From NCBI GenBank assembly GCA_963786995.1, contig CAWBBH010000001.1, forward strand, positions 110,550-174,549: a stretch of DNA of 64,000 bases, written 5' to 3'. The notes beneath the pieces are model-generated. The model worked only from the letters and a program-made list of their open reading frames with translations, was not told where the DNA came from and searched no databases. This DNA is from an uncultured Actinomycetota bacterium. Its GTDB lineage: Bacteria; Actinomycetota; Actinomycetes; Mycobacteriales; Mycobacteriaceae. Within the stretch, counting starts at the first letter, position 1. The number at the start of each line of letters is the position of its first letter. Both the position numbers and the translations under genes were made by a program. Positions 24,689 to 35,442 of this stretch are shown here, in pieces.

Positions 24689-26482
24689 ATGCCGTTGAAC
24701 AGCGGTGAGGTTTTCGCCGGTTACGTGATCGAGCGGTTGCTCGGCACCGGCGGAATGGGCGAGGTCTACCTCGCCCAGCATCCACGGCTGCCTCGTCACG
24801 ACGCCCTGAAGATCCTGACCAGGACCTCCACAGCCGACGGCGAGTTCCAGGCGAGATTCATCCGCGAGGCCGAACTGGCCGCCACGCTGCGGCACCCGAA
24901 CATCGTCGGTGTCCTCGATCGCGGGGAGTTCGACGGCAAGCTCTGGATCTCGATGGACTACGTGGACGGCACAGACGCGGGCCGACTGATTCGAGAGCGC
25001 TACCGCGACGGCATGCCGGAGCACGACGTCACCGACATCGTGACGGCGGTGGCCGACGCGCTCGACTTCGGCCACGAGCGCCGACTGCTCCATCGTGACG
25101 TCAAACCCGAGAACATCCTCGTGACCGCGTCCGACGGTCGCCGGCGCAGGGTGCTGTTGACCGACTTCGGCATCGCTCGCAGCATCGATGACGTCAGCAA
25201 CCTCACCGACGACAACGTTGCGGTGGGAACCGTCAACTACATGGCCCCCGAGCAGCTGCTGAGCAGGCCGCTCGACGGCCGGGCCGATCAATATGCGTTG
25301 GCTGCCACGACCTTTCACCTGCTGACCGGCGCGCCGCCGTTTCACGACTCGAACCGCGCCGTCGTCATCAGCCACCATCTGGGTGCGTCGCCGCCGCGGA
25401 TCTCGGACCGTCGACCCGATCTCGCGCACCTCGACGCCGTGCTTGCGCGGGCGCTCGCCAAGGACGCCGACGAGCGATACCCGACATGCCTGGACTTCGC
25501 CCAGCCCTCACGCAGCAGGGCACGCGCGGCGAGGCCGATCGCCATGCCGCAACCCAATTCGCCGTCGTCGGGTTCTCGCCGGACCGCCCCGCCACCCAGC
25601 GCCTCGAACGTCTCGAGATCCACGGAACGGCACACGGCGTGGGCGAAGCGCACGTCGATGCGCGAAGGCCGACACGGGAACGTTGTCGTTTCACCTGGCG
25701 CCATACGACCCGATCGACGGCCTGCCTGCCCGGCTGCCGGTCGAAATCCAGACTCAGCTCACCGCAATCAGACTCACCGACGGCGACGAGGTCGAGGTCA
25801 GCGGGGTCTGGGACGGCGACACACTCGACGCGGACACGATCGCCACCTTCTCGGCCAGAGCCCCCCGCGAAACGACGTTCGCCCCGGCAACCGTCGACAC
25901 GCCGAAGGGCACGACCACGAAGCGCAGAACAGGCCGGATGGTGGCGCTCGCTGCGCTCGTCGGTGTGGTCGTGCTGGTGGCGGCTGCGGCCGTTCTGGTT
26001 CACCGGCGGCTTCGGCGCCTCGGGTGGCCCCGGGCCGATCGTCAAGCCGGTGAGCGCGACCGTCTTCTCCCCCGGCGGCTCGCCGGACAACCCGCAGAAA
26101 GCCGACACTGGCGATCGACGGTGACCCCGACACCTCGTGGCCGACAGTCACTTACTCCGATCCCGTCCCGTTCCCGAACTTCATCGAGGGAGAGGGTCTG
26201 CTGCTGCATCTGTCCGAGCCGACCGCGCTGAGCGCGGTCACCATCGACGTGTCCAGCACGGGAACCGAGGTGCAGATCCGCTCGTCGCCCACCGAGAACC
26301 CGGCCACGTTGGCCGAAACCACCGAGTTGGTCGGCACCACGCCACTTCAGCCGGGCCACAACCGCATAGAGGTTCACGACGGGACCAAGACGTCGAATGT
26401 GCTGGTGTGGATCAACACGTTGGGCACCACCGACGGCCAGAGCCGCACGGAGATCTCAGAGATCACGCTGCAGGCGGCATGA
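24689..26482 (+). pseudogene. Transmembrane Ser/Thr protein kinase with C-terminal extracytoplasmic discoidin/F5-8-type-C-like domain; kinase domain intact, C-terminal half broken by about 4-5 apparent frameshifts
   Basis: It has the Hanks kinase motifs [27 protein letters not shown] and GTVNYMAPE. The TM helix is [21 protein letters not shown]. The tail is ...DNPQKA / LAIDGDPDTSWPTVTYSDPVPFPNF...IRSSPTENPATL...TEISEITLQAA. The segments lie in different frames. Confidence 0.75.
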
Positions 26483-26949
26483 GCCGGCTCGAACTCAACC
26501 AGGAGATCATCGACGAGTTTCAGTTGCGAAGACTCGTCCACGCCTACTGCCGAGCTGTCGACCGAGGTGACATCGAGAGCCTCAAGAACCTCTATCACCA
26601 TGACGCGGTCGACGCCCACGGCGAATTCTCGGCGGGCACTGTCGACCAGTTCCTCCACGAGCTAGCCGCCGCACGACCGTTCATCCGGGCGATGCAGCAC
26701 AACATCACCACGGTGAACTTCGTGATCGCGGGCGAGGAGGCCGAAGGCGAGATCTACACGATCGCGGTTCATACGCTCGCCGGTCGCGACCACGACGTCG
26801 ACCTGGTCATCGGCGGACGCTATCTCGACAAGTATGAGAAGCGTGACGGCACCTGGAAGATCAGGACGCGAACGATCGTCACCGACTGGGCGCAGAGGCG
26901 CGACCCCTCCGGGATGGATCTGGTCACCCGATCACCAAAGGCACTCTGA
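26479..26949 (+). CDS. Nuclear transport factor 2 family protein (SnoaL-like)
   Basis: The ATG at 26479 overlaps the kinase stop (ATGA). The 156-aa protein has EFQLRRLVHAYCRAVDRGDIESLKNLYHHDAVD... and ...YLDKYEKRDGTWKIRTR, typical of SnoaL_4/NTF2-like proteins. Confidence 0.7.
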   Translation: MSRLELNQEIIDEFQLRRLVHAYCRAVDRGDIESLKNLYHHDAVDAHGEFSAGTVDQFLHELAAARPFIRAMQHNITTVNFVIAGEEAEGEIYTIAVHTLAGRDHDVDLVIGGRYLDKYEKRDGTWKIRTRTIVTDWAQRRDPSGMDLVTRSPKAL

Positions 26950-26980
26950 CAGGAGCAGTGGACGCGACCGATCCGTCGTA

Positions 26981-27337
26981 TCAGTTTTTTTCGCTGTTCG
27001 ACGGCGACGATGTGAAGACTCTCCAGCGCCGTTGGCAGTGTGGCGCAAATGGTCAACACATCTGTCAGCCCGAGGATTTCCATCGGACGGCTGGTCGCCG
27101 GTCCGTCGGCCACGACCACCATGGGCGTGGTGCTTGAAGCCGCTCATTGGCTCTCATGAGAATCGCCATTCCGAACGAGGCCAAGAAGTCGACATCGGTC
27201 AGGTCGACGATGATCGCAGAGGGCTGTTTGTCCAGCGCGACCTCGATACAGCGTTCGAGCTCCGGTCCTGTCAGTAGATCGATAGCGCCGCGCGCGTGGA
27301 TCACCTCGACTGTGCCGTGCACCGTCTCGGTATCCAC
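26981..27337 (-). pseudogene. STAS-domain anti-sigma-factor antagonist, apparent frameshift(s); 3' end uncertain
   Basis: VEVIHARGAIDLLTGPELERCIEVALDKQPSAIIVDLTDVDFLASFGMAILMRANERL continues in another frame as VVVADGPATSRPMEILGLTDVLTICATLPTALES. The listed frame runs on to 26820 through an A7 run. Removing one A would give a stop at 26981-26983. Confidence 0.55.
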
Positions 27338-27506
27338 AGAAACAAGGACGGATAGTGCTGAGGGGTCGGAAAAGGCGGCATCGAAACCTCACTTCACTGC
27401 ATGGGTTTGGGAGGCGCTACGTCTCGCGGCTGTTCCTGAACCAGACAAGCAGAGGCGTAAGACCTTCGATCGTAGTACACGGGGCGGCGCGGATCATCAC
27501 AACGGT

Positions 27507-27660
27507 TCAGTACCAGTGGCGACGCCCGCCGACGGCCCGTCCGGTAGAACCGACAATCGCCAGGATGACGCCGACCACCACCAGGATGATGCCGATGGTC
27601 CACAGGATCGAATCCTGAGCAGAAATCCCGCCATCAGCAGGATGATGCCGAGATGATCAT
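27507..27660 (-). pseudogene. Small hydrophobic membrane protein with C-terminal GRAVGGRRHWY tail (about 50 aa), two apparent frameshifts
   Basis: Reading the minus strand by eye gives MII / LGIILLMAGFLLRI / SILWTIGIILVVVGVILAIVGSTGRAVGGRRHWY*. The span is 154 nt (not 3n). It resembles a small actinobacterial membrane-protein family. Confidence 0.4.
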
Positions 27661-27779
27661 GGGAGATCCTTTTTGCGAGTGGTGGGCGTCCGGCCGGTCG
27701 GCCGAACGCTGCGACACGTCATCATTCGACCACCCGAAAGGGGGTGGCAATACACCCCTAGGTAGGTAATGTTCCTGCT

Positions 27780-28447
27780 ATGCCCGACGCCTCGCCTGCA
27801 CCCATCACCGTGGCGCTCGTCGATGACTACGACGTCGTCGTCAAGGGCGTGGCCAACATGCTCGACCCTTATCGCGACCGGATCATCGTCGCCGAGCTCG
27901 ACTCCACGATGCCGGTCAGCGACCGCGTCGACATCGTCCTGTATGACTCCTTCGCCCAGCCGGAATCCGATCACGAAGAGATCGGGCACCTGGTCGCCAA
28001 CCCGCGTGCAGGCCGAGTTGTGGTGTACACGTGGAACTTTCACCCCGATCTCATCGCAAGCGCGCAATCGCACGGCGCCCACGGATATCTGTCCAAGACC
28101 CTTCCGGCCCGCGACCTGGTGGCCGCGCTGGAGGCCGTGCACGCCGGCGAGACGGTGATCAGCCCCGCCGCGCTGCGGGCACGCAGCGCGCCGGGACTGG
28201 ACTGGCCCGGCCGCGGCGAAGGTCTCAGCGACCGCGAAGCCGAGATCCTGGCACTCATCACCCAGGGCAAGAGCAATGCCGACGTCGCCGGCTCACCTAC
28301 CTCAGCCCGAACACGGTGAAGTCCTACATCCGTACGATCTACCGCAAACTCGGCGTCAGCAGCAGAACCCAGGCGGTGCTCTGGGGTGTCAAGCACGGCT
28401 TCACGCCGGACCACAACCGCATCGAGCACTGGAAGGGCGGTCCCTAG
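27780..28447 (+). pseudogene. LuxR/NarL-family response regulator (REC + HTH), one apparent frameshift near 28280
   Basis: The receiver-like N-terminus is ITVALVDDYDVVVKGV. The LuxR HTH is split across frames: LSDREAEILALITQGKSNADVA / RRLTYLSPNTVKSYIRTIYRKLGVSSRTQAV. Confidence 0.7.
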
Positions 28448-28448
28448 G

Positions 28449-29050
28449 TTGGCCGACAACCGCTTCGACGTCCCGGTAACCCGCTGGACCGACATCCCCG
28501 GCTGGTTCCAGTGGCGCGACGGGCAGGAGGAAGCAGTCGCCGCACTGCAGGGCGGCATCTTCGTCGAAGTCGGGTGCTACCTCGGACGGAGTCTGTGCTC
28601 GCTGGCCGAACTCACGTCCCACGCGGACAGCAACGCCACCATCGTCGGCGTCGACACCTGTCGCGGCAGCGGTCCCGAAGGCCAACGCGACACCGATGCG
28701 CACGGCGCCGCAGTGGCCCACGGCGGCGGAACCATGGCGGGCCTTCTGCATCGCAACGTGATCGCGTGCGGTTTCGCGGAGCGAGTGCAGCTTCTGATCA
28801 GCTCCTCGGTTGCCGCCTCGGCACTGTTCGCAAACGCGTCGGTGACATGGGTTCACCTCGACGCACGCCACGACTATGCGAGCGTCTCGGCCGACATCGC
28901 GGCGTGGATGCCGAAAGTGCCCCTGGCGGCTGGCTGTCCGGCGATGACTACGACCCGTACTGGTGGCCGGGCGTGGTGAACGCGGTCGCAGACGCCGTTC
29001 CCGATGCCGAACGCTGGTGCACGAATCAATGGCGCTGGATCAAGCCGTAG
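28449..29050 (+). pseudogene. Class I SAM-dependent methyltransferase-like protein, one apparent frameshift near 28920
   Basis: IPGWFQWRDGQEE...GGIFVEVGCYLGRSLCSLAE...IVGVDTCRG...VHLDARHDYASVSADIAAWMPKV continues in another frame as GGWLSGDDYDPYWWPGVVNAVADAV. The TTG start at 28449 is tentative. Confidence 0.5.
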
Positions 29051-29107
29051 TCCGACCGCCCGAGCTTTTGTGCGATTCGCCTCCGGCATGCTGAGCGACC
29101 GCTTAGC

Positions 29108-31328
29108 ATGCCGAAGATGGCGCAATCTGATAACTCATCCTGCGATCTGCCGGATCTGTTCGGCGCACTGCGGCGTGCTCGCCACCGTCACCGACGGAAG
29201 CCTCACCAAGGTCACCGGCGACCCGGACAACCCGATGTTCAAGGGCTACACCTGCGCCAAGGGCCGCGCGCTGCCCGAGATCCACAACAATCCGGGCCGC
29301 CTGCTGCACCAGCCAGAAACGTCAACCCGACGGCACACTTCGCACCCATCGACACTGATCAGGCCATGGACGAGATCGCCGCGAAACTGCCCTCGGGTTG
29401 ATCGACAACCACGGCCCTCGTTCAGTGGCCCTTTACCTTGGCACGAACGGTCTGCCCTATCCGGCTAGTCCGCTGATGGCCAATGCCTTCATACGCGCCA
29501 TCGACTCGCCGATGTTCTTCACCGCCAACACCATCGACCAGCCCGGCAAGCAGATCGCGCTGGCGGCGCACGGACACTGGCTCGGCGGCGACATCAACTT
29601 CGACGAGGCCGACAGCTTGGCTGCTGGTCGGAACCAACCCGATGGTGTCCAAGGCGATCGGCATCCCGGGTCAGAACCCCGCTCAGCGCCTGAAAGCGGC
29701 CGTCGGGCGTGGCATGAAACTGATCGTCATCGATCCGCGTCGGTCCCAGACCGCGGCGCGCGCCGCGATCCACATTCAGCCCCGGCCCTGGTGAGGATGT
29801 CCCCATCCTGGCGGCCATGATCAACCTGATCATCCGCGAAAATTTGTGCGACACCGATTTCCTGGCCGAGAACGTCGACGGTTTCGATGAGCTGGCCGCG
29901 GCGGTCTCCGGCTTCACTCCCGAGTACGCCGCAGAGCGCGCCGATGTTCCGGTGCAGCAGATCATCGATGCCGCAAGGCTTTTCGCGACGCACGGCACCC
30001 GCGGCGGCATGGTGAATGCGGGCACAGGTGCCAACATGGGGCGTGCACGGCAGCCTGCTCGAATACCTGTGCCTCTGCCTGACCACGGTGTGCGGACGCT
30101 GGGAAGCGCGCGGCTGACAAGGTCACTCCGACCCAACACCCTGCTGCCGGCCTACACCGCCAAGGCCCAACCGCATGCACCCTACGAGGGCTGGGGCTAC
30201 GGCGAGAACTTCGGGTGCGCGGTCTCACTGATACCGTCGCCGGAATGCCCACGGCGGCACTGGCCGAGGAGATCCTGCTCGAGGGTGAGGGCCAGGTGCA
30301 AGCCATTGATCTGCGTCGGCGGCAACCCGATGGCGGCGTGGCCGGACCAACGCAAGACGGAGCAGGCGTTGGAGAACCTCGAACTGCTGGTCACGCTGGA
30401 CACCGAGATGTCAGGCACCTCGCGGATGGCCGACTACGTGATCGCCCCGCTGATGCAGATGGAGACGCCGGCGATGACAGCCGGCAGCGAGCTGATCAAA
30501 TACTTCACCAGCGGAACAGGGATCCCAGCACCATATGCGCAGTACGCACCGCGCCTGATCGACCCACCGCCGGGTTCGGACCTCACCGAGGAATGGCAGT
30601 TCTTCCTCGGCTTGGCCAAGCGGATGAATCTAGAGCTCTGGTTCGTCAACTTCTTCGGGAGCGGCGGCGGCCGATTCATGGAATCGGCCACCGATCGTCG
30701 TCGCACTCAACGGCGACTCCGAACTCACCACCGAGGAACTGTTCGAGCAGATGTGCTCGACGTCGCGCATTCCGCTCGACGAGGTGCGCCGCCACCCGCA
30801 CGGCAACATCTTCGATGTCGACACCGTGGTCGAGGAACGTGACGCCGACTGCACGGCCGCCTGGACGTCGGGAACCAGATCTTGTTGTCCGGGTTGGCGG
30901 AGATCCTGGCCGAGGACTTCCGGGCCACACAGGAGGACCCCGAATTCCCGCTGCGGCTGATCCCCCGCCGGCATCCCGATTTCATGAACTCCTCGGGCAT
31001 CACGCTGTCCGCTCTCAATCGCGGAAAGCCCTACAACCCCGCCTATGTGCATCCCGACACGCTGGCATCGTTGGGCCTGCAGTCGGGAACTGAGGCGATC
31101 GTGGCGTCGCGCCATGATCGCATCCCCTGCGTGGTCGAGGCCGACGAGAGCATGCGGCGTGACGTCGTCTCCATGCACCACGCCTTCGGCGGGTTCCCCA
31201 CCGGCGACCGCGACTATCGCGACCACGGCAGCAATGTCGGCAGACTCGTCCCCACCGACATCGAATACGACCCGATCACCGGCATGCCCCGGCAGGCCAA
31301 CATCCCGGTCCGGATTGTCGTGGGCTGA
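29108..31328 (+). pseudogene. Molybdopterin (bis-MGD) oxidoreductase family protein, at least 8 apparent frameshifts
   Basis: It has the N-terminal 4Fe-4S-type motif ICRICSAHCGVLATV...GDPDNPMFKGYTCAKG. The middle blocks are SVALYLGTNG, LLVGTNPMVSKA, KLIVIDPRRSQTA and ICVGGNPMAAWPD. The C-terminal molydop-binding beta-barrel is FPLRLIPRRHPDFMNSS...AYVHPDTLASLGLQSGTEAIVASRHDRIPCVVEADESMRRDVVSMHHAFG. The blocks are spread over all three frames. Confidence 0.75.
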
Positions 31329-31484
31329 ATAGGAAACAATCGAGCAATCTGGGTCCACCGAACGAAGAAAATCCCTCTATCACTGGACCGGCATCGAGGA
31401 TGGACGCAGCCTTGTTGCGTGTAACAACGCCGCCTGCGACGCCTACTACCCCTCGACCAGGCAGCACACCTGACGTTACGATGC

Positions 31485-31520
31485 CGGCCCCGGTCACCGC
31501 TTTCCAGGTGACCGGGGCCG
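31485..31520 (+). other. Perfect 14-bp GC-rich stem-loop (CGGCCCCGGTCACC-N8-GGTGACCGGGGCCG)
   Basis: Inverted repeat seen directly at 31485-31498 / 31507-31520. It lies 157 nt downstream of the molybdoenzyme gene and 56 nt upstream of the PAS-ANTAR ORF. There is no U-tract. Confidence 0.5.
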
Positions 31521-31575
31521 CCCTGTTGACAGATCGTCCACAGATCGAATCGGCACATGTGGTAAATAATAAATT

Positions 31576-32406
31576 GTGCTGCCAAAAGAGGAATATGTGC
31601 CGGAGAATGAGACCGGCACCGACGGGGTCGCGCCAAACGATTTGGACAAGGCCCTCCTGGGGGGCGAGCCCGCGCGTGTCGGCAGATTCGCCTACAACTA
31701 CAACACCGAATCGTGGACCTGGTCGAGCACCGTCGCACGTATCCACGGTTACCAGCCCGGCGAGGTAAGGCCGACAACCGAGTTGATCCTCAGCCACAAG
31801 CACCCCGACGATATCGCCCAGGTCAAGGCCCTGCTGAAGCGGTCATCCGCGCCGTTCAGCAGCAGGCACCGCATCCGGACCAAGACCGGCGAGGAGCGCA
31901 ACGTCGTCGTCGTCGGAGAGATCGTCAACGATGAGAACGGCGAGGTCGCAGCGACCCGCGGGTTCTACATCGACGTGACCAAGTCCGTCGAAGGAGCCGT
32001 ACAACAGGGCATCACCGAAGAGCTGGAAGAAATCGTCGCCCATCGCGCGGTCATCGAACAGGCCAAAGGCATGTTGATGGCGGTTTATGACGTACATGCC
32101 GATTCCGCGTTCGATGTGCTGCGGTGGCGTTCACAAGAGCTCAACACCAAACTTCACACCGTCGCCGAGGAAATCGCGACCCAGCTGCCCGGCCTACTCA
32201 ATGTCCAGAGCAGCACGCGCGGGGCCGTCGACCACCTCCTGATGACGCTGTCCACGCCCGAGGAGGACGGCGACGAAGGCCTCGCCGATCCAAGCCACCG
32301 GCTGACCTCATCGAGCCCTGGCGGCTCTCTTCGAACGGCGATCGGTCTCTTCTGCACACCGTGCCTGCGGGCGGAAGTACGCCGGAGAACAGGTATTCGC
32401 GTTTGA
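31576..32406 (+). CDS. PAS and ANTAR domain-containing RNA-binding regulator
   Basis: It has the PAS-like region GRFAYNYNTESWTWSSTVARIHGYQPGEVRPTTELILSHKHPDD...SRHRIRTKTGEERNV and the ANTAR region AHRAVIEQAKGMLMAVYDVHADSAFDVLRWRSQELNTKLHTVAEEI. The GTG start is tentative. The 3' end overlaps the convergent hydrolase ORF and may be artificially extended. Confidence 0.75.
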   Translation: MLPKEEYVPENETGTDGVAPNDLDKALLGGEPARVGRFAYNYNTESWTWSSTVARIHGYQPGEVRPTTELILSHKHPDDIAQVKALLKRSSAPFSSRHRIRTKTGEERNVVVVGEIVNDENGEVAATRGFYIDVTKSVEGAVQQGITEELEEIVAHRAVIEQAKGMLMAVYDVHADSAFDVLRWRSQELNTKLHTVAEEIATQLPGLLNVQSSTRGAVDHLLMTLSTPEEDGDEGLADPSHRLTSSSPGGSLRTAIGLFCTPCLRAEVRRRTGIRV

Positions 32407-33901
32407 CGCGCTCTGTGCAGGTGCTCGCGACATACATGCTCGTGTGCCCGGCACCTTCGGTCACCACCACTCGGGCGTCGTATAACTCGGCTGCCCCTTC
32501 GTACGCGCCTGAGAGCGGAGTGGCGGGGTCATTTCGGGTGTTGAGGACCAAAAGTGGTGCGGCGGTGCGCCGGTTCCACACGCCGGTATAACGATCCGCG
32601 TCACGGCCCTGCCAGAAAGCGCAGGGAAGGGCGTCGAAGACTGAGATACGGCCGAAGTCCGGTGACCTCCACTGTGCCGACACCGCTGCTCTGCTGTAGG
32701 AGTCGAGGTCGGTCGGCACGACGCTGTCAGCGCACTGGATCGCGTTGTAGGCCTCTTCGCGATTTCCCAGGTACGCCGGGTCGCCAATGGCTGGCGGCGG
32801 ATCACTGCCCGTGACGTCGTCGATCAGTTCTGGCGCTGCGGTGCCTGTGGCGAAGAGCTGTTGCAACAGATCCGCCAACTGAGGGTAGGTGGTCGGCTTC
32901 GCCAGTGTCGCCACGACGATCTCCTGCACGGTCCACCCGTGCCCGTAGACATCAATGGGCGTGGTGCGCGAACGGTCAACCAAGGTGGCCGATTTGACCG
33001 GCAAGTCCCCCTCGGAGAAGGCGCAGCGCCGCCCGGCCGCCGCACAGTCGCGCAAGAACTGCTCGAAGGCCGCGGCGGTTCCGGTCGCGACGTCTTGGCG
33101 GTCGTTGAGCGGAACAGTGGCTCCTTCGTTCCCGTGACCGTCGACGTTGCCTTGAAAATCCATCGATCCGTCCAACACCATCGCACGTACGCGTCCCGGG
33201 AAGAGGTTGGCGTAGATAGCGCCGAGCTGCGAGCCGTACGAAAGGCCGTGGTAACTCAATGCCGTATCGCCAACCGCCCGGCGCAACAACTCCAAGTCGC
33301 GTGCCGAGTTGGCCGACGACGAATGGTCGACGATGGGACCGGCGTGCTGCCGGCAGCGGTCGGCGAAATCCTTGGCCCAGGCAAAAAGTGGGAGCTCCTG
33401 GGCAGCAGTCATCGGCAGTTGCGGGTAAGGAACCAGGAACTGCCACTGCTCGACATCGTCAGGAAAACAGCGAACCGCAGCACTGCGCGCCACCCCTCGT
33501 TGATCCCAGGAAATCAGGTCGAATCGCGCTCGCAACTCCTCGGAGAACAGCCACGGCCATCTGGCCCGGTCTCGCAGCCGGCCCACGCCGGACTGACCGG
33601 GACCACCGAAATTTATGAACAGCGTGCCGATTCGGGCCGAAGGGTCCGATGCGGGCAGCTTGAGTACTGACAGCCCGATCTGGTCATCGTGCGGCCGGTT
33701 GTAATCCAACGGTACTTGCGCTGTTGCACAGCGGAATCCGCCTCCACACTCGGCCCAAACCAATCCGGGGGTGTCGGCCGCTTCGGCAAGTTGATCAAGA
33801 TAGCCGTCAGCCGCATCGGCGTCAGCGAGGGATCGTGAAGACGCGCCCCATGAACCAAGACCGACCACGATTGCCAGTGCAACAGCATGAGACGACGCCA
33901 A
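32198..33901 (-). CDS. Secreted alpha/beta hydrolase (tripeptidyl aminopeptidase / TAP-like C-terminal domain family)
   Basis: It has a signal-like N-terminus ASSHAVALAIVVGLGSWGASS, the nucleophile elbow [15 protein letters not shown], and the C-terminus VVTEGAGHTS...C. No ATG is in frame near the signal peptide. The TTG at 33899-33901 is a guess. The track ORF extends to 34162. Confidence 0.7.
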   Translation of the reverse strand: MASSHAVALAIVVGLGSWGASSRSLADADAADGYLDQLAEAADTPGLVWAECGGGFRCATAQVPLDYNRPHDDQIGLSVLKLPASDPSARIGTLFINFGGPGQSGVGRLRDRARWPWLFSEELRARFDLISWDQRGVARSAAVRCFPDDVEQWQFLVPYPQLPMTAAQELPLFAWAKDFADRCRQHAGPIVDHSSSANSARDLELLRRAVGDTALSYHGLSYGSQLGAIYANLFPGRVRAMVLDGSMDFQGNVDGHGNEGATVPLNDRQDVATGTAAAFEQFLRDCAAAGRRCAFSEGDLPVKSATLVDRSRTTPIDVYGHGWTVQEIVVATLAKPTTYPQLADLLQQLFATGTAAPELIDDVTGSDPPPAIGDPAYLGNREEAYNAIQCADSVVPTDLDSYSRAAVSAQWRSPDFGRISVFDALPCAFWQGRDADRYTGVWNRRTAAPLLVLNTRNDPATPLSGAYEGAAELYDARVVVTEGAGHTSMYVASTCTERVKREYLFSGVLPPAGTVCRRDRSPFEESRQGSMRSAGGLDRRGLRRRPPRAWTASSGGGRRPRACCSGH

Positions 33902-34121
33902 AACGTGAATTCGCGCGTTCGTCTCGAGGCCGCCATGTACGTGAAATGTACCTGGAATTCCGCGTGAACAGCGGACAATGGCGAACCCTGGCCGCTGATG
34001 CGAGTAAATTGCGTCATCTCCGCATACCCATTTGCTGCACGACAAGACATGCCCCGATGTATATTCGCCGAACCGGGAACCCGTGGACCGTGGGAATAGC
34101 GCCGGCAAGTCGGAGAAGCGG

Positions 34122-34882
34122 ATGAAAGACATTCTGATCGGGCTTGCTGTCTTCGCCATCATATTCGGCGGGGCGGTGCTTGGGATGGTCCTCGGGAAAG
34201 TACTTCCCGATCAGCACTTGAGCACCGATTCTCGCGACTCAATCAGAATTGTGATGGGCATGCTGGCAACGCTGTCGGCAGTAGTGCTCGGTCTTCTCAC
34301 CGGCTCCTCCATGACCTCCCTCGGTGAAAAGGAGAATGAATTGCGCGCTGCCGGCGTGCAATTCATCCTGCTGGATCGAACGTTGGCCGAGTACGGACCG
34401 GAGACCGCCCAGATTCGCGTTATGCTCAAGGATTGCTTGCCCAGCGAATAGGCCAGATCTGGCCGGAGGAAGACAGCCCCGTGTCGCTCACGGCGCTCGG
34501 CAGCGGGGCCGGCATCAACCTCGTACAGCGCGATCTGTTCGCCCTGTCGCCACAGACGGAACAACAGCGGTGGCTGCGGTCACACGCGTTGGAGATCACC
34601 AACAAGATCGCCGAGTCACGATGGACGACGGTCGAGCAGATCGGCAGCCGGTTCCCATGGGGATTTTTCATGGTCGTCGTTGGGTGGCTTGCGGTCATCT
34701 TCGCCAGCTTCGGGCTCTTCGCGCCCCGCAACTTCAGCATGGCCGCGGCATTGTTGATCGCCGCGGTAGCACTCGCCGTACCGATCTTCATGATGCTCGA
34801 GATGGATCAGCCCTATGGCGGGATCGTCAAGATACCCAGTACTTCGCTGCGCGTAGCCCTGGAACAACTCGGTAAGACCTGA
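34122..34882 (+). pseudogene. DUF4239-like membrane protein, one apparent frameshift near 34440
   Basis: MKDILIGLAVFAIIFGGAVLGMVLGKVLP...MLATLSAVVLGLLTGS...LDRTLAEYGPETAQIRVMLKD continues in the +1 frame as AQRIGQIWPE...FPWGFFMVVVGWLAVIFASFGLFAP...AALLIAAVALAVPIFMMLEMDQPYGGIVKI. Confidence 0.55.
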
Positions 34883-34948
34883 CGACGAGGACAGTTGCGT
34901 CTCCATCCGATTCAGGCGGCTTCGGCGGTGGTAACCCTACAAGAGGTC

Positions 34949-35429
34949 ATGCCGGAAATCATGGATGGGACGCAACCGATGGGCGTTTGGGAGGACGCGC
35001 TGCGGGAGGCTGCGGCGCAACGCTTCAAGAAGTGCAATCCTTCAACGGCAGCGGGCCCAAGCAGCCGAGCAGGGGCGTGCTCTCGCCGACTTCATCGACC
35101 CCATGCATCGATTGCAGGTCCCACCGCAGCGCAGGCCGTTTCTCGTCATGAAAGGAGTTCCGACCGCAGACCGCTACCGTGCATCGCGCCGGCACAAGGT
35201 CGTCGGCTGGGACATCGGGGCAGGCGCGGTCGTCACCCCCGATGGGGCGGTCTTCGACATGAAGGACCAGGACAGGGAGCCGTGCGACCTGAGACGACCT
35301 CTGGCGTTTCCACGGACAAGCGACCGCCCGCAGGCCTTGACTGAATTGCTTCGAGCAGGCGCGGGGACGCGTCGAGCAGGGTCAGTAGCGGACAATGTCC
35401 GCGAGGGCGGTCCCGCCCGACCGGACTGA
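34949..35429 (+). pseudogene. Hypothetical protein, probable frameshift near 35030
   Basis: MPEIMDGTQPMGVWEDALREAAAQRFKK (ATG at 34949 after AAGAGG) seems to continue in another frame as ...QAAEQGRALADFIDPMHRLQVPPQRRPFLVMKG...VVGWDIGAGAVVTPDGAVFDMKD. I recognise no family. Confidence 0.25.
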
Positions 35430-35442
35430 GCAGAGGACTGTT

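Noticed and set aside
26981-26991. T7 run after a weak GACG...CGTC hairpin downstream of the NTF2-like gene, considered as an intrinsic terminator.
   Set aside because: The stem is only 4 bp. The run lies inside, or at the end of, the convergent STAS coding region. It is more informative as a likely homopolymer length error than as a terminator.
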